A stretch of DNA of 63,033 nucleotides, the filler included, from Choristocarpus tenellus KU-1152 (taxonomy: Eukaryota > Protista > Phaeophyceae): the NCBI GenBank assembly GCA_964200185.2. It is 12 parts of 12 records of this genome, joined end to end, with 100 filler letters (N's around TTAATTAATTAA, not from the genome) between each part and the next. Parts side by side here need not be neighbours in the genome. Positions count along the whole stretch, not along the records: positions 25,596 to 28,911 come from CAXNAD020020857.1; positions 29,012 to 33,172 come from CAXNAD020015908.1; positions 33,273 to 41,576 come from CAXNAD020004872.1; positions 41,677 to 45,274 come from CAXNAD020019037.1; 8 more parts are not named here. One strand, given 5' to 3'. Within the stretch, counting starts at the first letter, position 1; each line of letters starts with the position of its first letter. Made by a program: the position numbers and the translations under genes. This document shows, one piece after another, positions 27,543 through 41,745 of the stretch. The notes under the pieces were generated by a model, which saw nothing but the letters and a program-made list of their open reading frames with translations, was not told the DNA's origin and did no database searches.

Positions 27543-29651
27543 ACCGACTGTGTCTCTTTCTTGTGTACTATTTTTTTTTTTCTCAGAGAGTTTAGTTAGA
27601 AGGCGCATTTCATGACAAAACAAGAACGCACGTCTTTGTGTATGTAGACTTGTGTTTTGTTAAGCAAAGGAGTGTATGTATATATGTATATATATGTTAT
27701 ATACTTTTTTAATTCTCACGTAATTTCTTTTTTATTTTCAGAATGAAAATGGAGTGGTAGATCAGAGCGCGTGTTGAAAATGATGGCAATCGTAGATAGT
27801 ACTGAGTATGTAACGGGTTAGGGTTAGGGTTAATCGTTCTCAAAAATGGACAGCGTGAAGAGCTTTAATTGATGTCACACTTTGATACTACTCTTGAGGG
27901 CTTCCCTCTGTAGTGTTACCTGTGCTGCTGAGAGTTCATAACTCTTTTTTTTTGTCACAGTCATGAGCTGGTTATTTTATTATTTTTTAGTTAATGTTTG
28001 GGCTTTTGAGAGATGAAAGTGGCAGATAGGTGTTGGGTGTAAGTGCACTCACTCTCCTGCTTGAGTAGTGTGTGTGTGTATTATTCTGAGCAACTTTTTT
28101 TAAATATAAATGAACGCTTCTATCGATTTTGAATGGGTGAGGAAGGTGTGGCAATTTTGAATGTTATTTACCCTATTGGAGTGGGGGGAGGGGAGAGAAG
28201 TGTCACAACAACACTTGATTAAGGCACCACTGCACCTGGTTGGGGAGTTCCATTCAGGTCTGAGTTGTGTCATCGATTATCGTGGCAGTGCGAGAGACCG
28301 AAAACGCCTCCCCTAATAATAGAGAAGCTGTAACTGTAGCGCACTGTTGTTGCCGTTGGCACAAAAAAAAATGACACCCCGGGTTGTTTTCTTCTGAAAC
28401 TGGTGTAGCAGTTCTCTGTAGGAGAACAAGATGATTTTCGATTTCATCAATAGATAAAATGTTGCGTCGACGCCTTCCACCACCTGATAATACATAAATA
28501 TATATATTATTATTATTATTTGTATGAATTTTGCTCGGTTTTCCCGACCAAGGTAGGGTGAACGGCGTGCGCGCTCGTACGTGATTGGTTGTCGTGATTT
28601 ATGCTGCACTATCTTTGTTCCAGACTTGATTGGTTGGACCAGCGCCACCCCATGAGTTCCGACATATTGGGTGTGCTCTGAGGTGTTCTAAAACTCTTTC
28701 GTCTCGAGGGGGCTGTCGCTTACCTGTTGGGAGGAACAGTAGTGCCCTGCCCTCCTTCGGGCGGTGTATTTTCTTTTTTTTTTACTTGAGCCAATTGCTT
28801 TGTAATCGCTTCTCTTTTTTACCCGGGGGCGGGGGGGGGGGGGGGGGGGGGGGGGGTTGTTTTTTTTTTTTTTTTGAAAGAAAAAAAAAAAAAAAAAAAA
28901 TATAAGAAAAANNNNNNNNNNNNNNNNNNNNNNNNNNNNNNNNNNNNNNNNNNNNTTAATTAATTAANNNNNNNNNNNNNNNNNNNNNNNNNNNNNNNNN
29001 NNNNNNNNNNNTGTGATCCGAAGCCTTACTGAGAAGGCTGTTCTGTGCCTGGTCGTTGGGTGTGGGGAAATTCGACAGGACTGGTAGAGGTGAGAATTGT
29101 AATAATAGTAGGGTTTGGTGGAGGTGATGATTAGTTGAATCCATATTTCCCTTGGCTAATTTTGAGTTACGATGTACTTATATTCCTTTGCTACACTTTT
29201 AATCAATGGAAAAGTTGAACTGTCTACTGCAGCACATGTCCTTCAACACAAGGTAGAAGGCAACGTGGTGGTACCATATCTGGTTTGCTTCACTATCATA
29301 CAGAATTTGTAGTTGAACATTCTCTGTGTTGACTATATTTTGCTACTGTGGTAGGAAATGTATTCACCACTTGGATCTTAATCCCCAAGTAATTCATATT
29401 AGAAAAGAAGAGTTGTCAATACTTTGTCTCCATATATACGGACAAAGAGCAACAGTATATATACCTTAACATGGTGCTGTGAAATACAGAGTAAAAAGTA
29501 TTAACGTCTACACTAAAGTAAATACTCAAAAGTGTAGGTGGATTTTGTGGAAAGAACGTTTCGAGGTACGTATCAATGCTTCAGTGCCTTGCAATATCCA
29601 CCTTCGAAATACATGCAAATAATATCACGTTATTTTCTACCAAGGACTTAC

Positions 29652-29811
29652 TTTGCTGTGAGTCGGGCAGCTGGCTGGGCGCTTGTGGGGGTTGAATCTT
29701 CGTCGCTCGTTGGGTTTCCTCTCCCGTTCATTCCCACCAGGTTGCACAGATGGTATGATGCCCACCAAGATGTGCGGGCCTGTTGTTCTTGTAGGGCTTT
29801 CATCTACCGTC
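29652..29811 (-). CDS. Possible isolated exon of an unknown gene
   Basis: GC-richer open stretch ending at a strong GTAAGT donor. No recognisable motif. Confidence 0.25.
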
Positions 29812-30399
29812 TGAAGCTCCAAATTTCGTGCCTCCACTTTCCGTTGAGCAGAGAGGGATTGTGAAATTTCAGTAGTAGACTTGCTTGTGACTGTGATGTG
29901 CCCTGCACAGAGGTGAAGGGAGAAAAATGTACAAAATAAATTTCGATCAATTTGTAGGGCTGTGGGGTTTAGTTCATTTAATAGTCGGCTCTGTGGTGAA
30001 TACAACTTACTGATGCACAATTAACGCTTAAATAGTAAACTGTACTCCTCAGTTGGTGACATAAGGGTGTATTAGACACCGAAGTACGTTTTGTAGCAAT
30101 GAAGCACATTTTTCCCAATGTGTATGATGCTGTATTCCTTACACCTATTATTTTTGCAAACGCTGAGGGAGGCTTCAGCGTTGCAGACTGAAGACTACTC
30201 TTTGCTTGTCCACACCAAGTTTTCCATTATCCACTCTGTGTCCTAATGTGATCAACATGAATATCAGTGGTGGACATGACAATGGACGAAATCTTCAACA
30301 CAAATAGAGAGAGAACACTGTGTACATCAGCAAAGCTGACAACAGCTTCTCACCTTGACCCTTCTTGACAAATAGAGGACAGCCAGAGTTAGGATAGCA

Positions 30400-32200
30400 A
30401 AACTACACGTCCTTCCACCTGATAATGAAGAAGGAGAAGACTCGAAAAGGTAACCATTGTTTGGGAACAATTCCCCGAGGGAAAGGACCACCTCGTCCCA
30501 CGAACTGAGGGCAAAAGGTTTGTCTCAACTATTTTTCTGAGCAAAAAAACTTCACAAGCGGGAGTGTGCATGTTCTCAAGAAATATCTCAAGGTTCGGAG
30601 GCATGCCAAGGTCAAGGTTGTCTATAAAAGCTGCTTGCATCTTCTCTCTGGAATAGTACTTTAGAACTGAGCCTGATATGGGCAAAGAAAACCTTGCAGC
30701 TATTTCCTCGTACCTGCATCCAGTTGGAGAAGCAAGAAGTGCTTAAGTGGTGAGGAGTTGGTACAAGGTAATTTTCACTTGGTTGAGGCGACTAGACAGT
30801 TGAATATGGGTTGAGGCATGGAAGACTGGGCTATTGTGATATTTGGTAACAACGATGAACAGGGGTTATGCATTCAACCAGATTGAGAGCTGTGTTGTCC
30901 TGATGGGCATGTATTACAGTGGGTTATCGAGATTTTACGTACTAGTGTGGTTTGTGTGAGTACACTGTCGTGAGACCAAGTAGTGACAAAGTGACAGTGA
31001 TGGTGTTATAATTTACAAAGGTGGATATTGCTAGGGTTGTTCTCAAGCCAATCACAATAATGCTGCATTTTGTTAGACAGTTAGCAGGCTCTTTAGATGT
31101 TGGGAAGAATACTATGTTTGCTAAATGCATACTACGTTCAGGCTCATCTTGCCATGCACCTGAGAAGGCATTGACTCCAACGAGAAATAAATTCTTCAAC
31201 AAAGCAAAATGTTGTGCAAGCATATCTGGTGTTGCATAAAGGAAATTTCAACAATTGTGCCAAAAAAAAGTTGGGGAGTTCTGAATGCTTTCCTGTTTCA
31301 CAACAATCTAGTAATCAGAATTAGACTTTTCCTCCAATGCTGTGTATTTGTTGTTGTGAAGAATGACCCTTAGAGCATGCGTGAACATGATGAATTTCTG
31401 ATATCTTACCTACGACATGGAGGACTTGCCACTGGATACATCATCACATATTGTTCACGAGAATTACTGGAGGCAGACCTGATCCTTGCCTGATAACGCT
31501 GGTGCCTTGTGGGATGTCAGGCAAGTGTTCAAGAAGTTGGAGTAACCGTATTGTTGTGGCTAGGGAAGGGGTTAATTGAGAGCAATGCCCATGTGTACAT
31601 ATCGACCCTACAAATTCAAATGTCTCGAATGGTACTATTGTTGGGGGTTGGAGAGTAGGTATTGCTCCCAGTGTTCCCTCGTGCATGCATAGGTGAGATA
31701 ACACAGCAGGCAAGGTTTTGTAAAACAACGAACGACACGGACAACCTGAATACAAACTGCTTCAGTCCAACATGAATATGAGTCCTACAACAGCAGGATT
31801 GTCTCTGACCCCCTCATATTTCATTGTTTAATAACCGATATGCAATATGTTAAGCAATAACACTGTCAGCACATAGCACTCAGGTTTCTCCTTACAGTTT
31901 GGGTATCAATATTCAATGACTGTTTCCTGATCAGAAGGAAACATTTCCATATGATCCCCAGGAGGCGACTTGGAGTCGTTGGCCATAAACCACTCCAGCA
32001 GGGAGAGGTCATCATTAAGGAGAGCTCTAGGTCTCTCTCAGAGTGTTGAGAGCAGTGACTTGACCACCATGCATAAAGCATTGGGCAAGTCTATCTCCCA
32101 TTTCAGAATGACTGCCGTGGTCACCACTATGAAACAGGTGTAAACAAGCCGACAGGTTCTTCAGACTGAAGGGAAGTGGGAACAGCCGCAGGAGGCAAGA
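30400..32200 (-). mobile_element. Decayed LINE reverse transcriptase
   Basis: Ordered degenerate RT motifs: FYKTLPAVLSH (~KAFD.V.H), IRQGSGLPPVILVNNM (~VRQG..LSP.LF) and IMFTHAL (~FADDL). Many frameshifts; boundaries approximate. Confidence 0.5.
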
Positions 32201-33272
32201 AATTAAAGAGAGACAAAGCAACAGAGAGAGCAATCCCTATGAAGATCACTCAGGAAAGAGTGAACAAGTGGAAAGTGGATGAGGGGGGTTTGCAAGGTCC
32301 CCTCAAACCACCCGCAATTTACTTCAAGCATGTTACGTTCAACATGCAAAAACAAATGTCATACGAATATCAGATTCTTCAAGAGAGGTTACCTTCAAGG
32401 TATACCTTATTTGGAAGATGGCTCTCACATATGTAGGAACAGATTTGAACGACTCTACCGTATGATACTAGTACATCAACTCCAATTTCTGGAGAGTACG
32501 ATACGGTTTGCCTTAGATATTCAACGATATATTGAGGGCTAATAATGACATGTGTATAGTTTTCATTGGTTTTCCTGACACATCCGCAAAATGTCAGAGG
32601 GCATAATAATATATATATATTTGAGGAAAGTCGAACAGAAAATAGACTGTAGAAATATGTCTTTCACGTTTACGACAACTCTTACCTGTACAGGTGTTCT
32701 TATGACATTGAATTGACTTTCCTCTCACACAAACACAAAACGTCGAAAAATATTATATGAAATACGCTATTGATGTTACTGGACTTCACATTAGTGTAAG
32801 GGACTGGAAGCCTGTGATCAAAAAATAGTTATGCCGAAAAAAATGAACAAAAATAGCCAATGCTTTATGGAGAAAGTACTGGAATAGAAAATACTAAAAA
32901 GTATTGAAATTAGAAAAAAAGAAAATTTAGGAGCAAAACACAATATTCTCTACCTAAAAATAGGTGGTAAAACTTCTGAGAGACAATCACATTACTACGT
33001 ATACGTATGCTTTTAGCAACCAAAACATTGCAACCTGTAACTGAAAATTTTGGGGGTATAGCATAGTGTATTTTGTTTAGTATTGTTGAATAGTAGTAAG
33101 TGTGACGGACAGGTCCCTATGGGAGCTGATCTCAGTCCAAATACACATCCGCGCGCACACACAAGTGTATTGNNNNNNNNNNNNNNNNNNNNNNNNNNNN
33201 NNNNNNNNNNNNNNNNTTAATTAATTAANNNNNNNNNNNNNNNNNNNNNNNNNNNNNNNNNNNNNNNNNNNN

Positions 33273-33422
33273 ATCTATGTTTTAGACATACCTTTTCATA
33301 ACGTATACATTTTCCTACTCCTAAACATTTTGGAGTAGGAAAATGTCATTAAAAAAACATGGGAAGGCAAACTCCAATGGACAAACAGGGCAAAACTCGT
33401 ACCCTCTAAGATACTTTCACTC
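33273..33422. mobile_element. MITE family A, partial (contig edge)
   Basis: Ends GGCAAAACTCGTACCCTCTAAGATACTTTCACTC; interior collinear with the 17744 copy. Confidence 0.88.
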
Positions 33423-33449
33423 CCCTAGTAGAAATATCTTTAGTCAAAT

Positions 33450-35100
33450 GCATACGCCATATTACCAATCTCTCTGAGCATACAGTGAACAAATCTTGTT
33501 CCTGACCCCATAACACCTCAGCCTCTACTCGGCCTTCCAATTTCTAACTTCACATCAGTCCTTGAGAACCACAATAAAGTGCCTTGTAACACAATCATAT
33601 TCCGTTTCCCAACTACGCAACTTTACTATTCAACAAAATATTCAAGAGCTAAATCCCTGCCACATTCTTCTTTTCTATCACCATCAGTAAAGACTGTATT
33701 TCCCATTTCCCCTATCAGTACATTCATGCTTCCTTCTACAAATGCAAGAACTAAACTAGTAATTCATCAACATGTAAGCCATTGATGCCCCCTGGAGAGA
33801 GCCCTACGCTTGCTCAATATCATAAAGCCTACCCAAATGCAAATGCTCAAACACTATCCCTAGGCTCAGGCACACCCTAGCCCACAATCCATCCTTAAGA
33901 GTGCAGCCTGGAATACTCTTAACAACGACCAAAGCTCTTCTGTAGTTAACCTGACCCCTAGAAACTGTATTTCCTCAGACCAATCTCCGTAGTGACATCA
34001 CATTCTGACTTGTGCCTCTCTATTTCTCCTTTGTCTTGCTGAAAGTTTGACATCAAGAAAGAGATTGTGTCTACTAGCACGAAGAGCAGTTTTCCCGACA
34101 CCTTCTGGGAAGGCCTAGACTTTGTCACCAATACACTTGGCAGTCAAGATGAAAAACTCTATGTCGACTCCAGGTAGACCTATCAAAGGGGGCCCAGGGC
34201 GCACATGGAAGGTTGGGATAGGCTGACCACACAACCTGTCTATGTCAGTGGTAGGAAAGTAGAAATTATAAACATTGGTCTCCAATACCTACACCCCCCT
34301 AACCTGCTCTCATTCATTTGATGCAAAACACACATATATAAAGTAAGAAGTTCGAGAGTTATTCCTCGGATGTATGCATGGCAGAAGAGGGGCAAATTGG
34401 CAACAGTGCAATATTTGCTTTGTGCTTCAAGGAATAAATTCATACTTCGAGTTTTCGAGTGTATATAAACCACACATTGTTGATCAAAATTCAGTCTCTT
34501 GGGTGTGTTCTTGTCATGCAATAGACAACACCGTGCACAAACTAGTCAAAGAGAGATCAGTCATCGTCTGCAAGTTTGTGGGAAACTCCAAGGCATCTTG
34601 CTACCTCAAATGCACACACCATCTCAAGCCGTAATTGTAGAACTTCCCATTTTGTCCCAGGTGTGTATTTCATTGTAAGCCTATGGTGGAGTCAGGAACT
34701 TTGGGAACCAAGTGCAACGTCCAGGTTGGTAACATTACACTTGGATCATTCTCTGGTATTTTCTTGCATTTGAGGGGCTAATTAGATTTCTCAAAAATAT
34801 TACCACACGATGGTGGTGGATATGCCCACCAAGGTTCAAGGACGTTTGCCTAGCTCCTTGGCCCATGTACAAGTATGCTTGAGGCATTCAAGGTGCGCTG
34901 TGTAGCGATCGAACAAAGCCTAGTTGCCATGCCCTTGCTCAATTTGTGCGCCAAGATATTGAACATGTAAACACATACGTTTGACATGTGAAAAGGACTG
35001 CGTATGAGTGGCCATTGTCATGTATCGTGTGCATAAACACCTACCAAAGTGTTGAAACCCCCTAAAATAACGTGGTTTCCTCACACACTGGTACTGTGTA
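33450..35100 (-). mobile_element. Decayed retroelement with RNase H-like remnant
   Basis: NTVFTDGDRKEECG (~VFTDGS) at ~33660-33705, and KPRYFRG (~KYLG) at ~35060. Stops throughout. Confidence 0.3.
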
Positions 35101-35583
35101 TGCAGGAGAATGTGCGCAACCTGACTGATCATGCACTGCTAGTATGCACACAAGAGAATGTGTTTACTGGTGGCATGTGTGTAGGAAAGCTGGCTGATGG
35201 TGTGTTTTGACATATAATGTGATGTATTAGTAAATCTTGATCTCACGTATCTATGCATATGTCCGAGTGAGGGTGGATTTCACTTATTCAATATCTTAGT
35301 GTTAAGCCAATTTGAGATCGTGGAATTTGTTTTTCCGTTCCACCAAGGGCAAGGGAGGAATATGTTGGTCTTCATTTGTAAGACTTGTCAAAGAGATGCA
35401 TTCGCCTGTAGTTCATTGCAATTTATAATCTGTGGCAATTCCTCTGCGATGAAGATCCAAACAAACAATCAAGTCAAGTTGTCGTTACACCACCCCAATA
35501 TAGGCTTCTGATAAGCCATCGCAAAGACACTAAAAACGACACACAACCTAAAAAAAGGTGGTCATGCCTCACATCACTGCTAG

Positions 35584-38500
35584 CTATGCTGATGGGCCAA
35601 AGCTTCAAGCGGATGATAGCATTTCCATGTGCGCCTGCACGAACTTCCCTCACAACATCGGACACTGCGTGGAGTGGGCAAGGTAACTAACCTAGACCTA
35701 ACCCTATGCCTGATACCAGAGATCTTGCCTTATCCTCACGGCCCCTTTGTTATGCAATATGATGCAAAGTAGGATGTGGTTCCACACTATCAACAACGCC
35801 AAAGACACCCCGAAAAAAGTGGAGTGTGCAATGTTGGAGAACAATCCTTTGAAACTTCGCAGCCCTTACCCTAATGCTTGCTCAGTATTGAATTAAAAAA
35901 ATTCTACCAAGAATAGATTTAGAGGCAAACTGTGACCGGATACACCACCTTCGATATTCACACCCATACCAGAGTATGTCCCCTGCAATAGAGCTCAATC
36001 AATGGTGCCAACTGAAAAAATCGGTTTCAAAGGCTATTGATACTACGTGATACTACGCTTTTGAGATTCGAGCAACTCACCCTCTCCAACCAACACCTTC
36101 ACAAATACAAACCACAAAACTAAATTTATTTGTCCTCCATCATTTGAATACTTGTGTCTGCAGGATCCAATTTGAAGATCTCTTTGTTTCACCATTTGTA
36201 GAAGCAAAGAAATTTGTGGAGGACAAGGACAGCTACCTCAAGCAGGTGACCTCTTTCATCCCCCACACACACCCTGTGCAGTTCACTGGAAAACTCTTGC
36301 TCTAATCTTGGTGTTAAAATCCAGGAAATCAATGATCTGACCCAAGAATTAGCAAAATCAAACCTGTACAAGAGAATGGCACTCACAAGGCATATTGTCA
36401 ACAGTAGGTCACACACCTCAAATAAGATCGAGGAGAAATAGTTGTAGAAGAGTCAGAGGCACTTGAGAGGCACAAAATAGAGCAACCATTATACAGGGCA
36501 CAAACCCGAAAATCATGATGATGCCTAGTAGCTGTGATCGAGTAGAATTCCCACTCCTATCTTCAACACTGGACTCCTCATTCTACCCCCTTCACGTCTT
36601 CACTGCAACTATCACTTCGTCTATCTTCGCTCTATCTACCATGGGTATAGGTACAGTCATCCATTCAGGATTGCTTAGACTGTAACAAAGGAGTCAAGAC
36701 CTTGGAGAGGCTGGGCTTGCTTTGGGAAACGTTGACCTTTGCCAAGGGGGCGGACTTCGAAGCATGTGTTCGAGAGGCTGCAACAAAATTCCTCCAGCTA
36801 TTTCGGGATGGGATCTTGCAGCTTGTGCGTATCTTCCCAGAGGTATGTTTTCGATTTGCTCTGCGTAACAATACCATGTATATGTGTGTACTTAGGAGTA
36901 TTTTGAGGCCTCAATGTCAGTATATGTTTGCAGTACACATTTTGGAATGGGCATAGGACAAATATTGGTATCAAGAGGTTCATTGTCGTTGAACGGAGAT
37001 GGGTTGTTGGCACCTGCATATAAAGTTAATATTTCTTGGGTTTGCCAGTCAAGGAAGGGACAGATGGCATAGGCTATGGAGATGATGGAACTATCTCACC
37101 CAATAGATATTTGATGGAGAACCGACCGTGTTGACCAGGTGTGGATACGTTTGGAGAGTTGAAGGTAGGACACGATTCTACCGCCTAAGGAGATTTGGGA
37201 GAACCAAGGATAGGGGAAAATATGCTATTAATGGCACAGAAACAATTGTGATACACATTCAACAATGCACGATTTTCCCAATGTTCCCCTAGCTCCTGTA
37301 CTTCCCCCCCTGCTCTACCATTCTCTCTACTCCCTATACCCTCTCTCAGTCTACCCTGCAAAAATAAATGCTCATGCTCGCACACCACGATCCTTCTCTC
37401 ACATTCAAAAACCGTTGCTACCCTTGAATTGCTTCTGCTGTACTGTGCCCGTAACATGAAGAACTATATTTCATCATCTGGGCAACCCTTCTGGACTGAC
37501 ACCAGGCAGTTCCCACGAGCGGCCCCCCTGGACTGTGCAAGGGAAAATAAATATCTCAACTTTGTAATATCAGCCGCTAAGATACTTGCGGTCTCATGCG
37601 GGGTGGTGCCCCCTCCAGAGAAGTTTCCCCTTCCCAAGGACCATATCCAGCACTCTAGAAATGGTATGTGTAAGGGTAAAATGGAAGACATATATCCTTG
37701 TCTTGGTTGTTTAGGATTGAGTTTGGGTTGGGAAAAAAGGGGCAAGTGGGTGGAGGATGATTGAGGTACGTTTTGGTTGAGGTTCTTTGAGGTCGTGGTT
37801 TGGTTTATAGTGGGAGGTAGCAGTGGATTGGGAAGTACATGAACTGTAGGGCAATGGAGGAGGCCCAAAAATGGAGACAGTGGAGAATTATACCCGAAAT
37901 ATATGCTCTTGTTGCTTCGATGAGGAAACTCTTACTTGATACTCTTCATCACCTACGAACATGTCTTTCTTCGGGAAAGTACCTGAATTGGAGCCCACTG
38001 CAAAGAAGTTCACTCTGCTGATGCAGAATAAGGGGAGGGAGAAGGAGGGGGCAGAGGATGGGGTAAGCCAGTCTCAGATGTTTTCCTCTATTGCATAACT
38101 CTTGTAGTAGATCTATTTGTAATATGGTGGTGGAACAAGCAATATACCATTCTCTGTTCAAGGTACTCTTGCATTCTCCCCTCAGAATGGCTCACTCTCA
38201 TACTCCCTGGTTCTTGCCCTCAATCTATAGGTGTTGTCTAATGATTGTAATGAGACCAATATCGAAGAGACTGAGACCTGGGGCATTGAAGACATCAGGG
38301 CTGAATTGTTGGCCCTGGTGGACAAGGTAAAGAAAGAACTTGAAGGAAAACCAAATATGTAGACCAAATGCAAATCGCTAAACCACAATCTCTTTACTCT
38401 CAGGAAATCCTCATATTGAAGATAGTCACCAACATAATGTCAAGAATTCTACCCTGGTCTCTAATCAGCCAGGGTGGTGTTTGGTCAGAGCACTGTTAGT

Positions 38501-40812
38501 TATCAACTCGACCCCAAGTCAAGCTGAGTGCAGCCTCATATGTGGTCTACTTGATTCAAATATGCATCGTATTATTGTAAACTTGGCATTGGAGAAAGCT
38601 GGTCAGATCACTGAAAGCTACCTCCCTATGTGAACCACATGCCGCCCAATATAAGCACTTCAAGATGTCGGCAGTAATTGTCCCTTTCGTTTTGTTTTTT
38701 CTTTTCTCCAGCTCTCAGGTGTGGAAGTTGAAGATCTCATATTCGACCCAGCACAATTTCATGTACATGGGGACTGCAAGATCCATATTGATTTCATTTC
38801 TGCTGCTAGCAACATGCGGGCATGGAACTACCGGTGGGTGATCAAGAAAGGGTGGCAAGCAACAATTTGTACTCATCTGGATGTTGCCGCAGTGATCACC
38901 CCTGCTTGCTGTTTTCTAGTCAGAAAGATTATGTATGCTTTCCCTAGGTTGTAATCCGGAGTACTTTTTTAATCAAACATTGCGATTTCCTGTACTATCT
39001 GCAGCACAGCATTCCTTGTTTGGGGGTCACAGAGACAGCATATGGCCGTGAATTTCCATGTTAGTGACGATCATTTGATTGCATTGAGCACACAGAAGGA
39101 GGCACTTTATCTCGGAGTGTTAAAAGCATCACATGTTGGGGAAGTGTAGTCACAGCACAAGTTTACAACACCAGGACATCTTCACTTTCAATATTTGGTC
39201 GATTTTGGGGGTTGACAGGGGAAGATGAGAACTGAAAATGGACTGAGTACCAATAAGGTGCTAGTTGGAGGCCCAAACTGAGCTACATAGTTTCCATGAA
39301 TATTGTGTTGTGCCTGCCCTCCTGGGAAATCTCCAACTAAAACTGGTGCTTTTCTTGACCTACATGCAAGATAGTTGCAACATCTTACAACAAACCCAAT
39401 AAATTGTGTGTGCCCTATGTCCTACACTCATTCATATCCTCCTACCCACTATCACCTACCCACGCCCTCTTCCACACACACTAACCAGTAAAGTCGATAC
39501 CATGTGCAGCCAAACTCAGTCAGGAGACACAATTCCACTTCCATTCAGGCCACACTATTCCCTAGTATTTCTCACGCTCATCTACCTCTCTGCAATCCTC
39601 TATCACTGATCTCTTGGTCTGGACTCACACTGTTTTCTGATCCTGGTTCTCGCTGATCCTCATTCTAAAACTGATGTACATCCTGCCGAAATTGTGACTA
39701 ATAAGGATCGAGGGGACCTCCCGTCAAAGGTTGAAGGAGATTGTGGAAAAGATAACCCCAACTATCGCTGCTACAACATCATTCGCGTGTGGCTTGGCCA
39801 TGGTGGAGATCTTCAAGGTGAGAATGGCATTCACCAGGAGGGAACACAATTGGAAATGTGTAGAAGAGCTACCTTCAAGTATGAGTACAGTGGAGTACTC
39901 TGAATCGGATTTGTCATAGATTTTCTTCACTCGTGTAATATCTACAACTTCTTTTTGTCACATACTTCGAAGTAGCGCTACATGGCAGAGTTGTATCGCT
40001 CCACTGAATAAAAAATACCTAAAGGTTTGAAAGCCTAGTAGTCATTGAACATCCTTTCTGCTTGAGGAGACAGCACAAATTTCTATGGCTTCCAAAAATA
40101 TACGTGGAACACAACAACAGGATAATCTATGGTTTCATAGTTTTGAGCATTGTCCGACCTGATCCATAAACTTTGAAGGATATATATGCATGTACAAAAA
40201 AAAAACTGGGACCAATATATTTTCTCCATGTTCAGCCCTGACTCTTTCCAGTCATCAGCTGTAATGATGTCTTGACCATATTGCGCTTCGTACCTGCAAT
40301 GCCCACAGATCTTGCAGAAGAAGAAGCTTGAGGCCTACAAGGATTCGACAAACAACCTAAGCCTCAACAGATACATACTTTCTCAGCCAGGTGCATATCA
40401 CCATCCGGACCACTAGGACAAAACCTTGCGCTCCTCCACTTCCTCTCCTTGAAACCAAGACTCTCATAGTGTTGTCAAGTTCCCTCCCCACCTTCTCCCT
40501 TCCATGTCCTCACCTGCCATCGACCAATCCAGTCACCTACGATTCCCATTACAGTTTGATTTATCTACCCCCTCTTGGCCACTTCACCTTAATCCCTCAT
40601 GTTCTCTAACTCCAGTCTCCTTGCCATTAACACCACTTTTCTGCATGGCTTGCAAGCAGCTCCAACTGAAAAGGCATGTAACAAATACGACCCTATTGAG
40701 ATGGCCGTGACTAAATGTGCACCACCTGGGTTCACCAAGTGGGATAAGACGGTGATTGACAAGGGAGACCTCACGATGAGGGAATTCCTTGACTATTTTA
40801 AGGAGGTTACAG
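35584..40812 (+). CDS. Divergent ubiquitin-activating enzyme E1 (UBA1-like), internal to C-terminal part; exons ~35584-35682, 36165-36245, 36669-36842, 37462-37663, 38231-38326, 38712-38833, 39707-39817, 40309-40390, 40660-40812
   Basis: Spliced peptides YADGPKLQADDSISMCACTNFPHNIGHCVEWAR, IQFEDLFVSP, DFEACVREA...ILQLVRIFPE, SGQPFWTDTRQFP, HIDFISAASNMRAWNYR, KITPTIAATTS, KKLEAYKDS and PPGFTKWDKTVI follow E1 domain order (catalytic Cys domain, adenylation re-entry, UFD). One small exon between 37663 and 38231 is unresolved. Confidence 0.9.
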
Positions 40813-41745
40813 GTAAGGTGTTGAATGTAGATTTAGGAAGGAGGTTGTGAGAGTGTATGCATGTGTGTGTGCTCCCTTGATACATTTGTGTTCTTTTTAT
40901 TCAATGATTCAATACATTTCATGCTTTTATCCGCAAGGATCATTCTGTAGATGAAAGACTGTTCGACTTTTCCGACAATTGCATTGTCGTTACTGAGATC
41001 CTTCCTTCTTATATGATAAAGAATTCTCCCTGTTTCTTTCTTTGACATGGACATTATTAGTAATGCTTAGATCCATGTTACAGTACGATCTTGTTGGTCC
41101 AAATTATTCCCATGAAGGAATACCCGGCAGTAAAATATTACCTTTGATTAGAGTCAAAATGTGTCCTTGTATGCGACTAATCCGAGGCCAACTGAAGGTC
41201 CAAAGTTTGACAACACAAACGGTTGCTTAAGCAACCCTCTGCAAGGTCTGGTTAAGAAGTTAATCCGGCTTGCAGTCAAGTATCTGTATATTGATGAGAT
41301 GCCCATTCATCCTAATGCTAATTGTGCAGCACCTCGTTTCTATGATGATATTGGCAAGGAGGGAGATATGCTCATAGGGCATCAGATGTCTTACAAACCC
41401 TGGAAATATTTTGCGATTCCCTGCATTTTTGTGCAGCCATGTTGTTCAGGGCAAGGTGCCTATATTGTTTCTCCACAAGTTGTGCTGGTCGTTCTTGAAT
41501 AGAACAGACTCAAAGTATCTGGGAGGGGGTGGCGGCTGTCCATTTGGGGGCAATTTTTTTATCTTGCGATTTTTCGNNNNNNNNNNNNNNNNNNNNNNNN
41601 NNNNNNNNNNNNNNNNNNNNTTAATTAATTAANNNNNNNNNNNNNNNNNNNNNNNNNNNNNNNNNNNNNNNNNNNNCAAAAATCACGACATGAAAAAATT
41701 GACCCCAAATGGACAGCCACCACCCCCTCCCAGATACTTTGAGCC

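Noticed and set aside
41507-41745. TIR ends either side of a spacer as one element spanning the gap (also 45173-45430)
   Set aside because: Both sides are the same end type and the flanking 4-mers differ (AACA vs TCCG; TTTA vs CTAA), so they are separate copies on unrelated contigs.
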